From an uncultured Clostridium sp. (GTDB lineage: Bacteria > Bacillota > Clostridia > Oscillospirales > CAG-272): a DNA stretch of 34,512 bases. Positions 7,481-16,225 of this stretch are shown piece after piece. A program made the position numbers and the translations under genes. The notes beneath the pieces are model-generated. The model was not told the DNA's origin and did no database searches. It saw only the letters and a program-made list of their open reading frames with translations. The stretch's first letter is position 1, and the number at the start of each line of letters is the position of its first letter. The stretch is from positions 5,965-40,476 of the forward strand of contig CAZQAI010000001.1 in the NCBI GenBank assembly GCA_964591305.1, given 5' to 3'.

Positions 7481-8320
7481 ATGAAACTTCCCTTTTCCAT
7501 AGACCTTACCGGCAAGGTGGCTGTCGTGACCGGAGCCGGCGGGGTGCTCATGAGCGAATTTGCCCGTGCGCTTGGTGCATCCGGTGCCAAAGTAGCCCTT
7601 CTGGACATCAATGCAGAAGCCGCCCGGAGCGTAGCGGCCTCCATCGGGGACAATGCGCTGGCAGTGCCCGCCAACTGTCTGGACAAGGCCGATATCCAAA
7701 AGGCCGCCGATACCGTGCATCAAGCCTTCGGGTCGGTGGACATTCTGATCAACGGGGCCGGTGGGAACAACCCCCGGGCCACCTGTGACAACGAGACCAT
7801 GACACCCGGCACGGCCGATGATCCTTCTTTGAAATCCTTCTTTGACCTCAAGGAGGATGGACTGCGGTTTGTCTTTGATCTGAACATCACCTCAGCCTTC
7901 CTGGTGACCCAGGTGTTTGCCCGGGACATGGTGGATCGCGGAGGCAATATTATCAACATTTCCTCCATGAATGCCTTCCGCCCTCTGACCAAGATTCCCG
8001 CCTACTCGGCGGCTAAGGCCGGAATTTCCAACTTCACGCAATGGCTGGCGGTTCACTTTGCCCCCTGCGGCATCCGGGTCAACGCCATCGCCCCCGGCTT
8101 CTTTGTCACCAATCAAAACCGTGCCCTCCTGTTTCATGAGGACAGCACACCGACCCCCCGCGCCGGCAAGATCCTGGCAGCCACGCCGCAGGGCCGTTTT
8201 GGTGAGGTAGACGATCTTTTGGGCACGCTCCTGTTTCTGGTATCTGACCGGGCCAGCGGCTTTGTCACCGGCACTGTCATTCCTGTAGATGGCGGTTTCA
8301 ATGCCTACTCCGGGGTATGA
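7481..8320 (+). CDS. uxuB: SDR-family oxidoreductase, probably fructuronate/mannonate oxidoreductase by context
   Basis: Rossmann motif TGAGGVLMSEFA and SDR catalytic motif YSAAK are present. The position between uxuA and eda parallels the SDR-type UxuB (YjmF) of Bacillus. ATG 7481 (MKLPF...). Confidence 0.75.
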   Translation: MKLPFSIDLTGKVAVVTGAGGVLMSEFARALGASGAKVALLDINAEAARSVAASIGDNALAVPANCLDKADIQKAADTVHQAFGSVDILINGAGGNNPRATCDNETMTPGTADDPSLKSFFDLKEDGLRFVFDLNITSAFLVTQVFARDMVDRGGNIINISSMNAFRPLTKIPAYSAAKAGISNFTQWLAVHFAPCGIRVNAIAPGFFVTNQNRALLFHEDSTPTPRAGKILAATPQGRFGEVDDLLGTLLFLVSDRASGFVTGTVIPVDGGFNAYSGV

Positions 8321-8333
8321 GAAGGAGGTCGCC

Positions 8334-8990
8334 ATGAGGTCTCTTTCCCTTCCCTCCCCAAGCACCATTCTACCCGCCTGCCGGGTGGTGCCTGTCGCCG
8401 TCATCCGGGAGCTGTCTCAGACCGAGTCGGTCCTTAACGCCCTCAGAGAGGGTGGTGTTCCCTGCATCGAGATCACCTTTCGCACTGCCTGCGCACCGGA
8501 CGCCATCCGGCAGGCGGTCAATGCCTTCCCGGATATGAGCATCGGTGCCGGCACTGTTATCAACGCCACTCAGGCGCGGTTAGCCCTTGACTGCGGAGCG
8601 GCCTTCATTGTGTCTCCCGGCCTGTCGGCCGAAGTAGCCGCTGTCTGTTCTGAAGCGGGCATCCCCTACCTGCCGGGATGCGTCACCCCCACTGAAATCA
8701 TGCAGGCTGTGGAGCTGGGTATCACGACTGTTAAGTTCTTTCCCGCCCATGTATATGGAGGAATCAACGCCATCAAAGCCCTGGGCGGTCCTTTCCCCCA
8801 GGTTACATTCCTGCCCACCGGCGGTGTGAACCTGTCGAATATGGTGGAATACCTGGCCTGCGACCGGGTGGTTGCTGTGGGAGGAAGTTTTCTCCTGGAG
8901 GGGGATATCCGGGCCAACTGTCGGAAGCTGCACAGGTTGTATGACGGTATGTGCTGCCCGCCGGTACAGAATCAGCAAAAGCGAGGGTAA
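8334..8990 (+). CDS. eda: 2-dehydro-3-deoxyphosphogluconate (KDPG) aldolase
   Basis: Eda-family motifs: VVPVAVIR, GVPCIEITFRT, VKFFPA, LPTGGV. ATG 8334 follows GAAGGAGG (8321-8328). Confidence 0.9.
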   Translation: MRSLSLPSPSTILPACRVVPVAVIRELSQTESVLNALREGGVPCIEITFRTACAPDAIRQAVNAFPDMSIGAGTVINATQARLALDCGAAFIVSPGLSAEVAAVCSEAGIPYLPGCVTPTEIMQAVELGITTVKFFPAHVYGGINAIKALGGPFPQVTFLPTGGVNLSNMVEYLACDRVVAVGGSFLLEGDIRANCRKLHRLYDGMCCPPVQNQQKRG

Positions 8991-8994
8991 CGTC

Positions 8995-9993
8995 ATGCGC
9001 ATTGTAACCTTTGGTGAAATCATGCTCCGTCTCTCCCCGGAGGGGGCACTGCGTCTGTTCCAGGGAGACCGGATGGAAATCAGCTTTGGGGGAGCCGAAG
9101 CCAATGTGGCTATATCTCTGGCCGAGTTCGGTGCGGAGGCCCTTCATGTCACCCGTCTGCCCGATCAGGCAGTTGGCAGAAGCGCCATCCGCACTCTACA
9201 CAGCCTGGGGGTGGACACCTCCGGCATCTGCCTCGGCGGAGAGCGTATGGGTTTGTACTTCCAGGAAAATGGTCTGGGTGTTCGTGAGGGGGTCTGTATC
9301 TATGACCGGGCGCATTCCGCCTTTTCTCAAGCGTCAGCCGCTGACTTTGACTGGGGCAGGTTGCTGTCCGGTGCCGACTGGTTCCACTTCTCCGGCGTTA
9401 CACCCGCTCTGTCGTCTGACCTTGCCGACATATGTCTGGATGCATGCCGGTGCGCCCACGCTCACGGCCTGCGGGTATCCTGCGACCTCAATTACCGGGA
9501 GAAGCTGTGGCCCCTGTCCCGGGCACAGACTGTCATGTCCCGGCTGTGTTCTGAGGTAGATGTCTGCATTGCCAACGAGAGTGAACTGTCCGGGCTTTTC
9601 GGGATAGATCCGCCCGGCTCTTGTGGAAAGAAACGGTACCGTACCATGGCCGAGGAGGCCTGTGCCCGATTCGGCTTCAACCAGGTAGCGCTGACTCTGT
9701 ACACGCCTGTTACCTACTCGGAGGATATCTGGGCAGGGATGCTGTATGACCACGGGGAGGCCTATTTTTCCCCTGCCTACCGTCTGCAGATGACAGAGCG
9801 GGTGGGGATCGGCGACAGCTTCGGGGCGGGGCTTATCTATTCCATGATGAACCATAACCCGTCGCAGGAAGCCATAGACTTTGCCACGGCCGCTTCAGCC
9901 ATCAAGCACTCGGTCAAGGGGGATTTCAACCGAGTATCAGCGGAGGAGGTGGCCCGACTGAGTGCCAGGATGAAGAATTCACCTACTGTGTAA
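8995..9993 (+). CDS. kdgK: 2-dehydro-3-deoxygluconokinase (PfkB family)
   Basis: MRIVTFGEIMLRLSP..., GGAEANVAISLA and GIGDSFGAGLIY are PfkB/KdgK motifs. ATG 8995 is 4 nt after the eda stop. Confidence 0.9.
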   Translation: MRIVTFGEIMLRLSPEGALRLFQGDRMEISFGGAEANVAISLAEFGAEALHVTRLPDQAVGRSAIRTLHSLGVDTSGICLGGERMGLYFQENGLGVREGVCIYDRAHSAFSQASAADFDWGRLLSGADWFHFSGVTPALSSDLADICLDACRCAHAHGLRVSCDLNYREKLWPLSRAQTVMSRLCSEVDVCIANESELSGLFGIDPPGSCGKKRYRTMAEEACARFGFNQVALTLYTPVTYSEDIWAGMLYDHGEAYFSPAYRLQMTERVGIGDSFGAGLIYSMMNHNPSQEAIDFATAASAIKHSVKGDFNRVSAEEVARLSARMKNSPTV

Positions 9994-10023
9994 ACAGATT
10001 CATATTGTTTCAGGAGGTGTATC

Positions 10024-11484
10024 ATGCCCCGCTCATTCCGGATCAAATCGAGTACAGCACCGGGCAGCCCGCCACCGGATGGCACCACGCCCGGCAGCGG
10101 AGCGCCGGGCGTGGTGCCCTGCATAGAAATGCGCCTTTTTTCCCGGCCCGGGCGGGTGCTGTACAGCGTGGCAGCGTCCCTTGTGTGCGCCGCATGCGCT
10201 GTCTGTTACCTTCCGCTCATCCGCCAGGGCCCCGGCACCAACTGCCTGTTCTGGCTGGTTCCCCTGTACCTCCTCTGCCATATCATGTCCCTGCTCCTTT
10301 ACACCGGTCTGCCCCGCTGGCGATTGAGGATTACGGCACACGGGGCGACCTTGCTGCTGGTGTTTCTTGGCTCCGCTGTCCCGGCCGTCCTCTACCACCT
10401 GGGCCGTCTCCCACTGTTATGGAACGGTCGGTGGCGTGATTGGCTGTGGAGCGCCTTGATCGCCATTGCGGTAGAGGCGCTGATCTTTTGGAACGGCATC
10501 ATCTGCCTGTATCTGACCTCCACGCAGTTGGGCATACGTTGGCGTATCATCGGCGCCTTGTGCGGCATGATTCCGGTGGTACATCTTGCGGTGCTGGGAT
10601 GCATGCTGGCAGTGGTCATACGGGAGGTCAACACCGAAGCCGCCTTTGTGGCCCGGGACCGAGCACGGGCTACGCAGGCCATTTGCCGGACGAAATACCC
10701 TATCCTGATGGTACATGGCGTGTTCTTCCGGGACTTCCGCTACTTCAACTACTGGGGACGCATTCCCGATGCCCTTCAAGCCAACGGCGCTACGGTATAT
10801 TACGGCAATCAGCAATCAGCGGCATCGGTAGCCGATTGCGGCAAGGAGCTGGCTGACCGCATTCGTCAACTGGTCCACGACACAGGGTGCGGTAAGATCA
10901 ACATCATTGCCCATTCCAAGGGGGGACTGGACTCCCGAGCGGCCATTGCTATGTACGATGTAAGTGATCTGGTCGCATCGGTGACCACCATCAACACCCC
11001 GCACCGGGGATGTGGATTTGCGGATTACCTGCTGTCCCGCATTCCGGAGCATGTACAGATATCGATCGCCCATACATATAACGACGCCTTGGCCCGTTTG
11101 GGAGACAAATCGCCGGATTTCCTGGCCGCGGTGAGTGATCTGACTGCTGCCCGGTGTGCCGAAATGGCGTCATCTTTGGCCTTTCCGGACGAATCCGATA
11201 TTTTCTGCCAGAGCTTCGGCTCCAAGCTGGATCGTCCGACAGGCGGGCGTTTTCCCCTCAACTTCTCCTACCCATTGGTGCGCTTTTTTGACGGCCCCAA
11301 CGATGGCCTTGTGGCTGAAAGCTCCTTTGCGTTTGGTGAGTCCTGTACCCTGCTGAGAGCCCGTGGCCGTCGGGGCATTTCACACGGTGATATGATCGAT
11401 CTCAATCGGGAGAACATTCCCGGCTTTGATGTCCGTGAATTTTATGTGTCTCTGGTAGCCGACCTCAAAGAACGGGGCTTGTAA
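10024..11484 (+). CDS. Membrane-anchored alpha/beta-hydrolase (lipase/esterase) with an N-terminal ~5-TM domain
   Basis: 486 aa. The first ~200 aa contain about five hydrophobic helices (e.g. VLYSVAASLVCAACAVCYLPLI, WLWSALIAIAVEALIFWNGIICLYL). The C-terminal part has YPILMVHGVFF... and the nucleophile elbow IIAHSKGGLDSR (G/A-x-S-x-G), typical of small lipases. ATG 10024 comes 6 nt after AGGAGG (10012-10017), 30 nt after kdgK, with no terminator between. Confidence 0.75.
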   Translation: MPRSFRIKSSTAPGSPPPDGTTPGSGAPGVVPCIEMRLFSRPGRVLYSVAASLVCAACAVCYLPLIRQGPGTNCLFWLVPLYLLCHIMSLLLYTGLPRWRLRITAHGATLLLVFLGSAVPAVLYHLGRLPLLWNGRWRDWLWSALIAIAVEALIFWNGIICLYLTSTQLGIRWRIIGALCGMIPVVHLAVLGCMLAVVIREVNTEAAFVARDRARATQAICRTKYPILMVHGVFFRDFRYFNYWGRIPDALQANGATVYYGNQQSAASVADCGKELADRIRQLVHDTGCGKINIIAHSKGGLDSRAAIAMYDVSDLVASVTTINTPHRGCGFADYLLSRIPEHVQISIAHTYNDALARLGDKSPDFLAAVSDLTAARCAEMASSLAFPDESDIFCQSFGSKLDRPTGGRFPLNFSYPLVRFFDGPNDGLVAESSFAFGESCTLLRARGRRGISHGDMIDLNRENIPGFDVREFYVSLVADLKERGL

Positions 11485-11551
11485 GCGGGAAACCGTCACG
11501 CAAGCTGACTGCAGACCGCCTCCCCGATACCATCATGTCGAACCTACCCGC

Positions 11552-11597
11552 TAAAAAAAGGCCATGGGAGGAGGCTTCCTCAAGGAGCCCCCTCCCA
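11552..11597. terminator. Terminator hairpin between the convergent lipase and GDPD genes (U-run on the minus strand)
   Basis: Long stem UGGGAGGAGGCUUCC...GGAGCCCCCUCCCA (11565-11597). The minus-strand reading is followed by TTTTTTT (complement of 11553-11559). Confidence 0.65.
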
Positions 11598-11619
11598 CAC
11601 TGTATTGTTACGCAGTGCA

Positions 11620-12363
11620 TCACTCTTCGGTATATCCGTTGATGCCCTCGCAGATGTTGGTGGTGATGTAGTCCACCCCCCAGTTGGCCAGCTCCTCACA
11701 GCGGACTGGATCATCCACCGTCCAACAGTTGATACGCAGCCCTGCAGCATGCATGGCCTGTACCCGTTCCTCACTCAGCGATGTATGGATGATGTCAATG
11801 TCCATACGGTCTGCCTTGAGCTTTTCGATCATGGCGTCGGAATTGTCCCCGGTCAGGAACTGGCAGGGCTGCTCCGGAAGGATCGCCCGCACACGCTCCA
11901 GATTCTCGTAATGGAAGGAGATAAAGACAGTATGCTCCAGCCAGTCCATGTTCCGGATGATGTCAATAAAGGCAGCTGTCTCTGATTCGGTGAAGACGCT
12001 TTTCAACTCCAGAATGCAGGTTTTTCCGTACTTCTTACAGATAGAAAGATAATTCTCCAGGTTGGACAGACGCAGATCATACCGTCCCTTAGTGCCGTCC
12101 GTATCATAGAGTACAACTTGGCGGAGGGTATCCCAAGACAACCCTTCCACCGCTACATTCTCCCCGGCAATCCGCTGAAGATTGCCATCGTGATTGACAA
12201 CAAAACGGCCATCGTTGGTGCGGTAGATGTCGGTCTCGATACCGAAGTAGGGCCGGTTCCCGGCGGCCACAAAAGCCGATGCCGTATTCTCTCGCTCCAG
12301 CCCCGAGAGTCCCCGGTGGGCCACCACCAGGGTGTTTTTATTTTGAAATTTTTTCGTGTTCAT
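11620..12363 (-). CDS. Glycerophosphodiester phosphodiesterase (GDPD family)
   Basis: VVAHRGLSGLERENTASAF is the H-R-G...E-N-T GDPD motif, and FGIETDIYRTNDGRFVVNHD also fits. The likely start is ATG 12363 (MNTKKF) after AAGGGA; the track start is 12378. Confidence 0.88.
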   Translation of the reverse strand: MNTKKFQNKNTLVVAHRGLSGLERENTASAFVAAGNRPYFGIETDIYRTNDGRFVVNHDGNLQRIAGENVAVEGLSWDTLRQVVLYDTDGTKGRYDLRLSNLENYLSICKKYGKTCILELKSVFTESETAAFIDIIRNMDWLEHTVFISFHYENLERVRAILPEQPCQFLTGDNSDAMIEKLKADRMDIDIIHTSLSEERVQAMHAAGLRINCWTVDDPVRCEELANWGVDYITTNICEGINGYTEE

Positions 12364-12468
12364 AGCTGATCCCTTCATTTCTTGTGGTATGGGACTCCCG
12401 CCCTGGGGCAGCAGTCCCTACACTTTTTTCAGGCAATATCGTACAATCCCGACAGCGTGTTTGCACCG

Positions 12469-15400
12469 TCATAATGATGCGGCGTTTCCTTTATTTTCAG
12501 CTCTTTGTGCTTTGAGCACAATGCCTGTCAGGCCACTGTCAAGCAGGCTGTAATCATCCGTCCAGCCCTGTCCGCCTGTAACAAAGTTGCCGGGGCCATA
12601 AGCACCGTCCAGACGGGGTACCTGATGAAGGGGGCCAAAGACATTACGTCGGGTACCCACGACGGTCACGTCAATGGGTGCGCCGGCACGCACAGCCGCA
12701 GTCACATCTGCCTCATAGGGATCCCAGCCCAGCACTTGTGTTCTGCCAAGAGCCGTAACCTTGACACAGCCACCGGTAAAGGACAGAGGGGAGAGTACGA
12801 TGCGGTCAGCCGTCTCATAATCCTCATTCAACAGCCCCCTATACTGCTCAGGGGTCAGGTGATAGGTCATGCATCCAGTATAGAAGGGCAAACAGTATGC
12901 CTCAAAATTCTCGCATCCCACCTGATCCGGCAGGTCAGTCAGAGTCCGGGTTCTGCCGTCCAGCGCCACGCCGAAATCGCCGATGAGATAGAGCGCCTCG
13001 ATGTTGGTGGTACGCATGAAGGTCACATCTACTGTCACCAGGTTCCGACCCTGCTTCAGGGTTCCGGCCGGCACCTTCATCTTCTTGAAGCAGTCGTCTA
13101 CCCAGAAATCGTTGATGTCTTCATTGGCCAGTGACACCCCGTTGATCTTGTAGGTATTCAACTCAGGGCGTTCCCCGGCCAGGTACACATCACCCGCCGG
13201 GAGTCTGTCGATGAAGAACTCATACTCCAGGGACAGCTCTCCGTACTTCTTGGTATCGTGAAGCTTGGCGTACCAGGGTTGGAGCATGCCGCCGCCCCGG
13301 TGCTCCAGCCCCAGGCTGTCCCGCACCTGTTGGTCAGCACGCAATACCTCGGTCACATCGTGCCAGTCCTCTCCGGCCCAGCGCCAGCGGCACCAGTCCA
13401 GCACGCAGACATTCTGCTCGTCCATTGTATAGTCAAATGAGCCGGTCACGGTCACACTTTTTTCAGTCTGCCAGGACACCACCGGCGGCAGCGCCTCGGT
13501 ATCATCGGTCAGGACGAAGCAACGGGTGCCTGCGGCCTCCAGATCAAGGGCAATATCGGTATATCCGTCCCTACGTCCGGACAGCGCCGATGCGTTATAG
13601 CGGGCACCGGTTTCCAGATCCCACTCCTGCACAACATACCCGTCAGGCACTTTGAGGGACAGGGTCAGATTCTTACGCCCATTCTGGCGGTCGGTGTTGA
13701 GCACCACCACAGCGAAACCGTCGCCGCCAAAGTCCTTACGCACCTGAGCAAACACGGACTTCTCAGCTGTTCCGTCCGTTCCGGTCACACTGACAAAACA
13801 GTTTGCTTCCCGACGCAAAGCCGCCACCAACGCCTCCTCATCAAAGGGCACGCATATGCCGGCAGAGGCCAGCTCCTGGGGTTTCTGAGACGGGACAGCG
13901 TCCACATAAGTAGGCACATCACCTGCGAAGATCACCTTGCCACCCTGATCCATAAAGGTACGGAGCAGAGCCAGTGTGGTAGGCCGGACAGTCAGCATAT
14001 CCGAGACAACCACCACACGGTAGACCGCCTGACCGACCCGCAGAACCGGACGACCGTCCTTGTCGGTATCCACCGAGCCGAGACGGGCCATCATGTCCTC
14101 CTCGCCATAATCAAAGTCGATCTGATTGTCGGTGAGCATGTGGAAAAGACGAGCGTACCGTTGTTCATAGGGGGCCACATCCGGGGATACATTGGAGATC
14201 CAGGACGCCCAGCCCAGGTAGGCCTGACACCACAGGGACTCTATGGGATTGAGTACCAATACATCGCAGTCAGGCTTTCCTTCGGACATGACCAAGCCAA
14301 AGCGGGCAAAGTAATCCTCCACCTTGGCATAGTCATGGTACCAGGGAGACTGGTGCAGGATGGAAGCCGGGTAGTCCCGCTTGGACTCACCCTCCATGGT
14401 GTACCAGGACAGATGCTGGCACCGCAGATTGATGCCGAACAAGGCCTGCCAGTCACCCACCGTTTTGTGTGATTTGAAATTGAACTGCCAACCGGTGCAG
14501 CCATACAGTTCGGAGAGCAGCCACTTCTTGCCGATCTGACGGGCAGTAGAAGACAGCTGCTTGACAATCCAGTAGCAGTTGTTCCACTCAGTCAGGCAGT
14601 CGATGCCGGGGTAGCCCATATGCTCGTAGAAGCGCATGAGGGAGCCTTCCGGCACAGTCTGGTTCATGAGAGAATCCTCGTGCAGCACATGCCCGGTAAA
14701 GATCATGTTGTGCTTCCGGCACCACTCGTTGATGGGATCGGCAAACCGCTCCAGGAAGAGGTTGTCGGCAAGGTCTATGTAATGGAGCTTGACCGGTGCC
14801 ACCTGCTTTCCTTCAAAACGGTAAAACAGCTCCGGGATGATGGGCCTTGCATCGTAACCATACCGCTTTTCATACTCCCGGAACAGGTCATCTGTCCAGC
14901 ACATGGAACAGGATCTGATTCCATCATGCTCCTGCAGGTTATCCATGCAGTGACCCCGGTGAGGCTCATCGGTGAAAATACCCTTGATGGAGCTGCCGAT
15001 TCGGTCTCCGCACCGACGGACATACTCCTCGTGGGTCAGCTCAATGAATCGGTCGGTTGCCTTGCGGCTCATGGTATCGATATAGGTTGTACCGTTGTAG
15101 TTGGAATCCGGCTGATCCGGCACGATGGCGAAACGAAGCACCTTCCATGCGCCCGGATCCTTTTCGTGTGCCGGTGCCTCCTGGGCGATGGCCTGACGGA
15201 CAGCCTCGGGGGTGAAGTCCGAAAGCTCGGTGTAGGCCCACAGGTTGATGCCCTCCACCTTACCCACGTACAGTGCGTAGGTGTCATCAGAGAGCACATA
15301 TCTGTCGGGGTCGGTTTCGTACAGCACCAGAGACTTCATGCGGTATTGGGGATCGACCGTCACCTTACCGCCTGCACTTCCGGACGGCCAACGGTCTTCA

Positions 15401-15663
15401 TCGTACAGCCAGGCTTCCATGCCGTCTTGCTTTGCGGCATCGGCCACCTGATTGATGAGGTCAAACCACTCATCGCCTAGGTACTCCGTGATCAACCCCG
15501 CCCGAGAATGCATGAAGTAGCCGCCAAGGCCCATCTCCTTCATAATGTGTGCCTGACGCACCAGTTCCTCCCCCCGCAGCTCTCCGTTCCAAGACCAGAA
15601 GGGCTTACCCCGGTAAGCGGCAGGCGGATTGCCGAATGTTTGCTTGATTTGTTTTGTATCCAT
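12469..15663 (-). CDS. Large glycoside-hydrolase-like protein, cytoplasmic (no signal peptide), specificity unknown
   Basis: 1064 aa. The N-terminus FGNPPAAYRGKPFWSWNGELRGEELVRQAHIMKEMGLGGYFMHSRAGL...EWF resembles the N-terminal TIM-barrel region of the jelly-roll glycosylhydrolase group (GH106/YetA-like) as I remember it. I cannot verify this here. ATG 15663 follows GAGAGGAG. Confidence 0.6.
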   Translation of the reverse strand: MDTKQIKQTFGNPPAAYRGKPFWSWNGELRGEELVRQAHIMKEMGLGGYFMHSRAGLITEYLGDEWFDLINQVADAAKQDGMEAWLYDEDRWPSGSAGGKVTVDPQYRMKSLVLYETDPDRYVLSDDTYALYVGKVEGINLWAYTELSDFTPEAVRQAIAQEAPAHEKDPGAWKVLRFAIVPDQPDSNYNGTTYIDTMSRKATDRFIELTHEEYVRRCGDRIGSSIKGIFTDEPHRGHCMDNLQEHDGIRSCSMCWTDDLFREYEKRYGYDARPIIPELFYRFEGKQVAPVKLHYIDLADNLFLERFADPINEWCRKHNMIFTGHVLHEDSLMNQTVPEGSLMRFYEHMGYPGIDCLTEWNNCYWIVKQLSSTARQIGKKWLLSELYGCTGWQFNFKSHKTVGDWQALFGINLRCQHLSWYTMEGESKRDYPASILHQSPWYHDYAKVEDYFARFGLVMSEGKPDCDVLVLNPIESLWCQAYLGWASWISNVSPDVAPYEQRYARLFHMLTDNQIDFDYGEEDMMARLGSVDTDKDGRPVLRVGQAVYRVVVVSDMLTVRPTTLALLRTFMDQGGKVIFAGDVPTYVDAVPSQKPQELASAGICVPFDEEALVAALRREANCFVSVTGTDGTAEKSVFAQVRKDFGGDGFAVVVLNTDRQNGRKNLTLSLKVPDGYVVQEWDLETGARYNASALSGRRDGYTDIALDLEAAGTRCFVLTDDTEALPPVVSWQTEKSVTVTGSFDYTMDEQNVCVLDWCRWRWAGEDWHDVTEVLRADQQVRDSLGLEHRGGGMLQPWYAKLHDTKKYGELSLEYEFFIDRLPAGDVYLAGERPELNTYKINGVSLANEDINDFWVDDCFKKMKVPAGTLKQGRNLVTVDVTFMRTTNIEALYLIGDFGVALDGRTRTLTDLPDQVGCENFEAYCLPFYTGCMTYHLTPEQYRGLLNEDYETADRIVLSPLSFTGGCVKVTALGRTQVLGWDPYEADVTAAVRAGAPIDVTVVGTRRNVFGPLHQVPRLDGAYGPGNFVTGGQGWTDDYSLLDSGLTGIVLKAQRAENKGNAASL

Positions 15664-15688
15664 GCGTGTACTCCTCTCTATGCGGAAT

Positions 15689-15732
15689 GCATATTTTCAT
15701 AGGATGGCATATTGGGTTGCGGTGCGGCATAT
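15689..15732 (-). promoter_or_regulatory. Three same-orientation ATATGC(C/A) repeats in the 5' leader of the GH-like gene
   Basis: The plus strand has GCATAT at 15689-15694, 15707-15712 and 15727-15732 (spacing 18 and 20 nt). A fourth copy sits inside the palindrome GCATATGC at 15795-15802. Confidence 0.4.
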
Positions 15733-15762
15733 ACTTATTCAGAAGCCGACCGAGCCTACCTT

Positions 15763-15791
15763 ATTATAGCAAATGTATGGATACTTTGCAA
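15763..15791 (-). promoter_or_regulatory. Near-consensus promoter of the GH-like gene
   Basis: The minus strand reads TTGCAA-agtatccatacatttgc(17 nt)-TATAAT with a TGc extended -10. The -35 is at 15791-15786 and the -10 at 15768-15763. The -35 lies inside the inverted repeat TTTGCA-N9-TGCAAA (15785-15805). Confidence 0.6.
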
Positions 15792-16141
15792 GAGGCATAT
15801 GCAAATTTCTACCGCATTTTACAGCGTATAGGGTAGTTCAGCCGGGAGGAATGGGAAGGCACCCGAGGTGCCATACAGGCAGATACCCCGAACAGCTGAA
15901 ATACCTTTGCGGAGTTTCTCATCCTGCTCTGCGGTGGGAAAGGGAGCATACATCAGAAAAATTTCTGATGCCGTGTCTGAAAATACACCTTTTTGTCGTA
16001 AATTTTCCTTATTTGGAACGTCTTTATCTATTTTTGTCGATTTATCTGCGTATTAAAAGTTTCTTAAATCCTTTTTAGAATATTTTTTCATCATTGTTAT
16101 CATTTTGTTTACAATTTATTCGCACATTCCGTCATGTTTTG

Positions 16142-16150
16142 TGTTATACT
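16142..16150 (+). promoter_or_regulatory. Possible extended -10 promoter element for the LRR gene
   Basis: TGt-TATACT lies about 75 nt upstream of ATG 16226. There is no good -35 (GCACAT). Confidence 0.3.
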
Positions 16151-16225
16151 TGTCTCATCCGATAAAAATCTTCACCGGATCTGCTGTACTGCCAAAATCC
16201 AGTGTGTGATAAGGAGGCTACCAAT

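Noticed and set aside
12391-12429. Hairpin plus T-run that looks like a plus-strand terminator
   Set aside because: There is no plus-strand gene upstream, and a 5-nt gap separates the stem from the T-run. On the minus strand it lacks a U-run. It is probably just secondary structure in the GH-GDPD spacer.
15831-15846. tRNA D-arm-like string GGGTAGTTCAGCCGGG
   Set aside because: There is no matching acceptor stem, anticodon arm or GGTTCGAATCC-type T-arm downstream, so it is not a tRNA.
15819-15953. 44-codon minus-strand ORF in the GH/LRR spacer
   Set aside because: It has no SD and its start codon is buried in a perfect hairpin. It more likely reflects a decayed gene fragment than a live small gene, and it is noted inside the spacer finding only.
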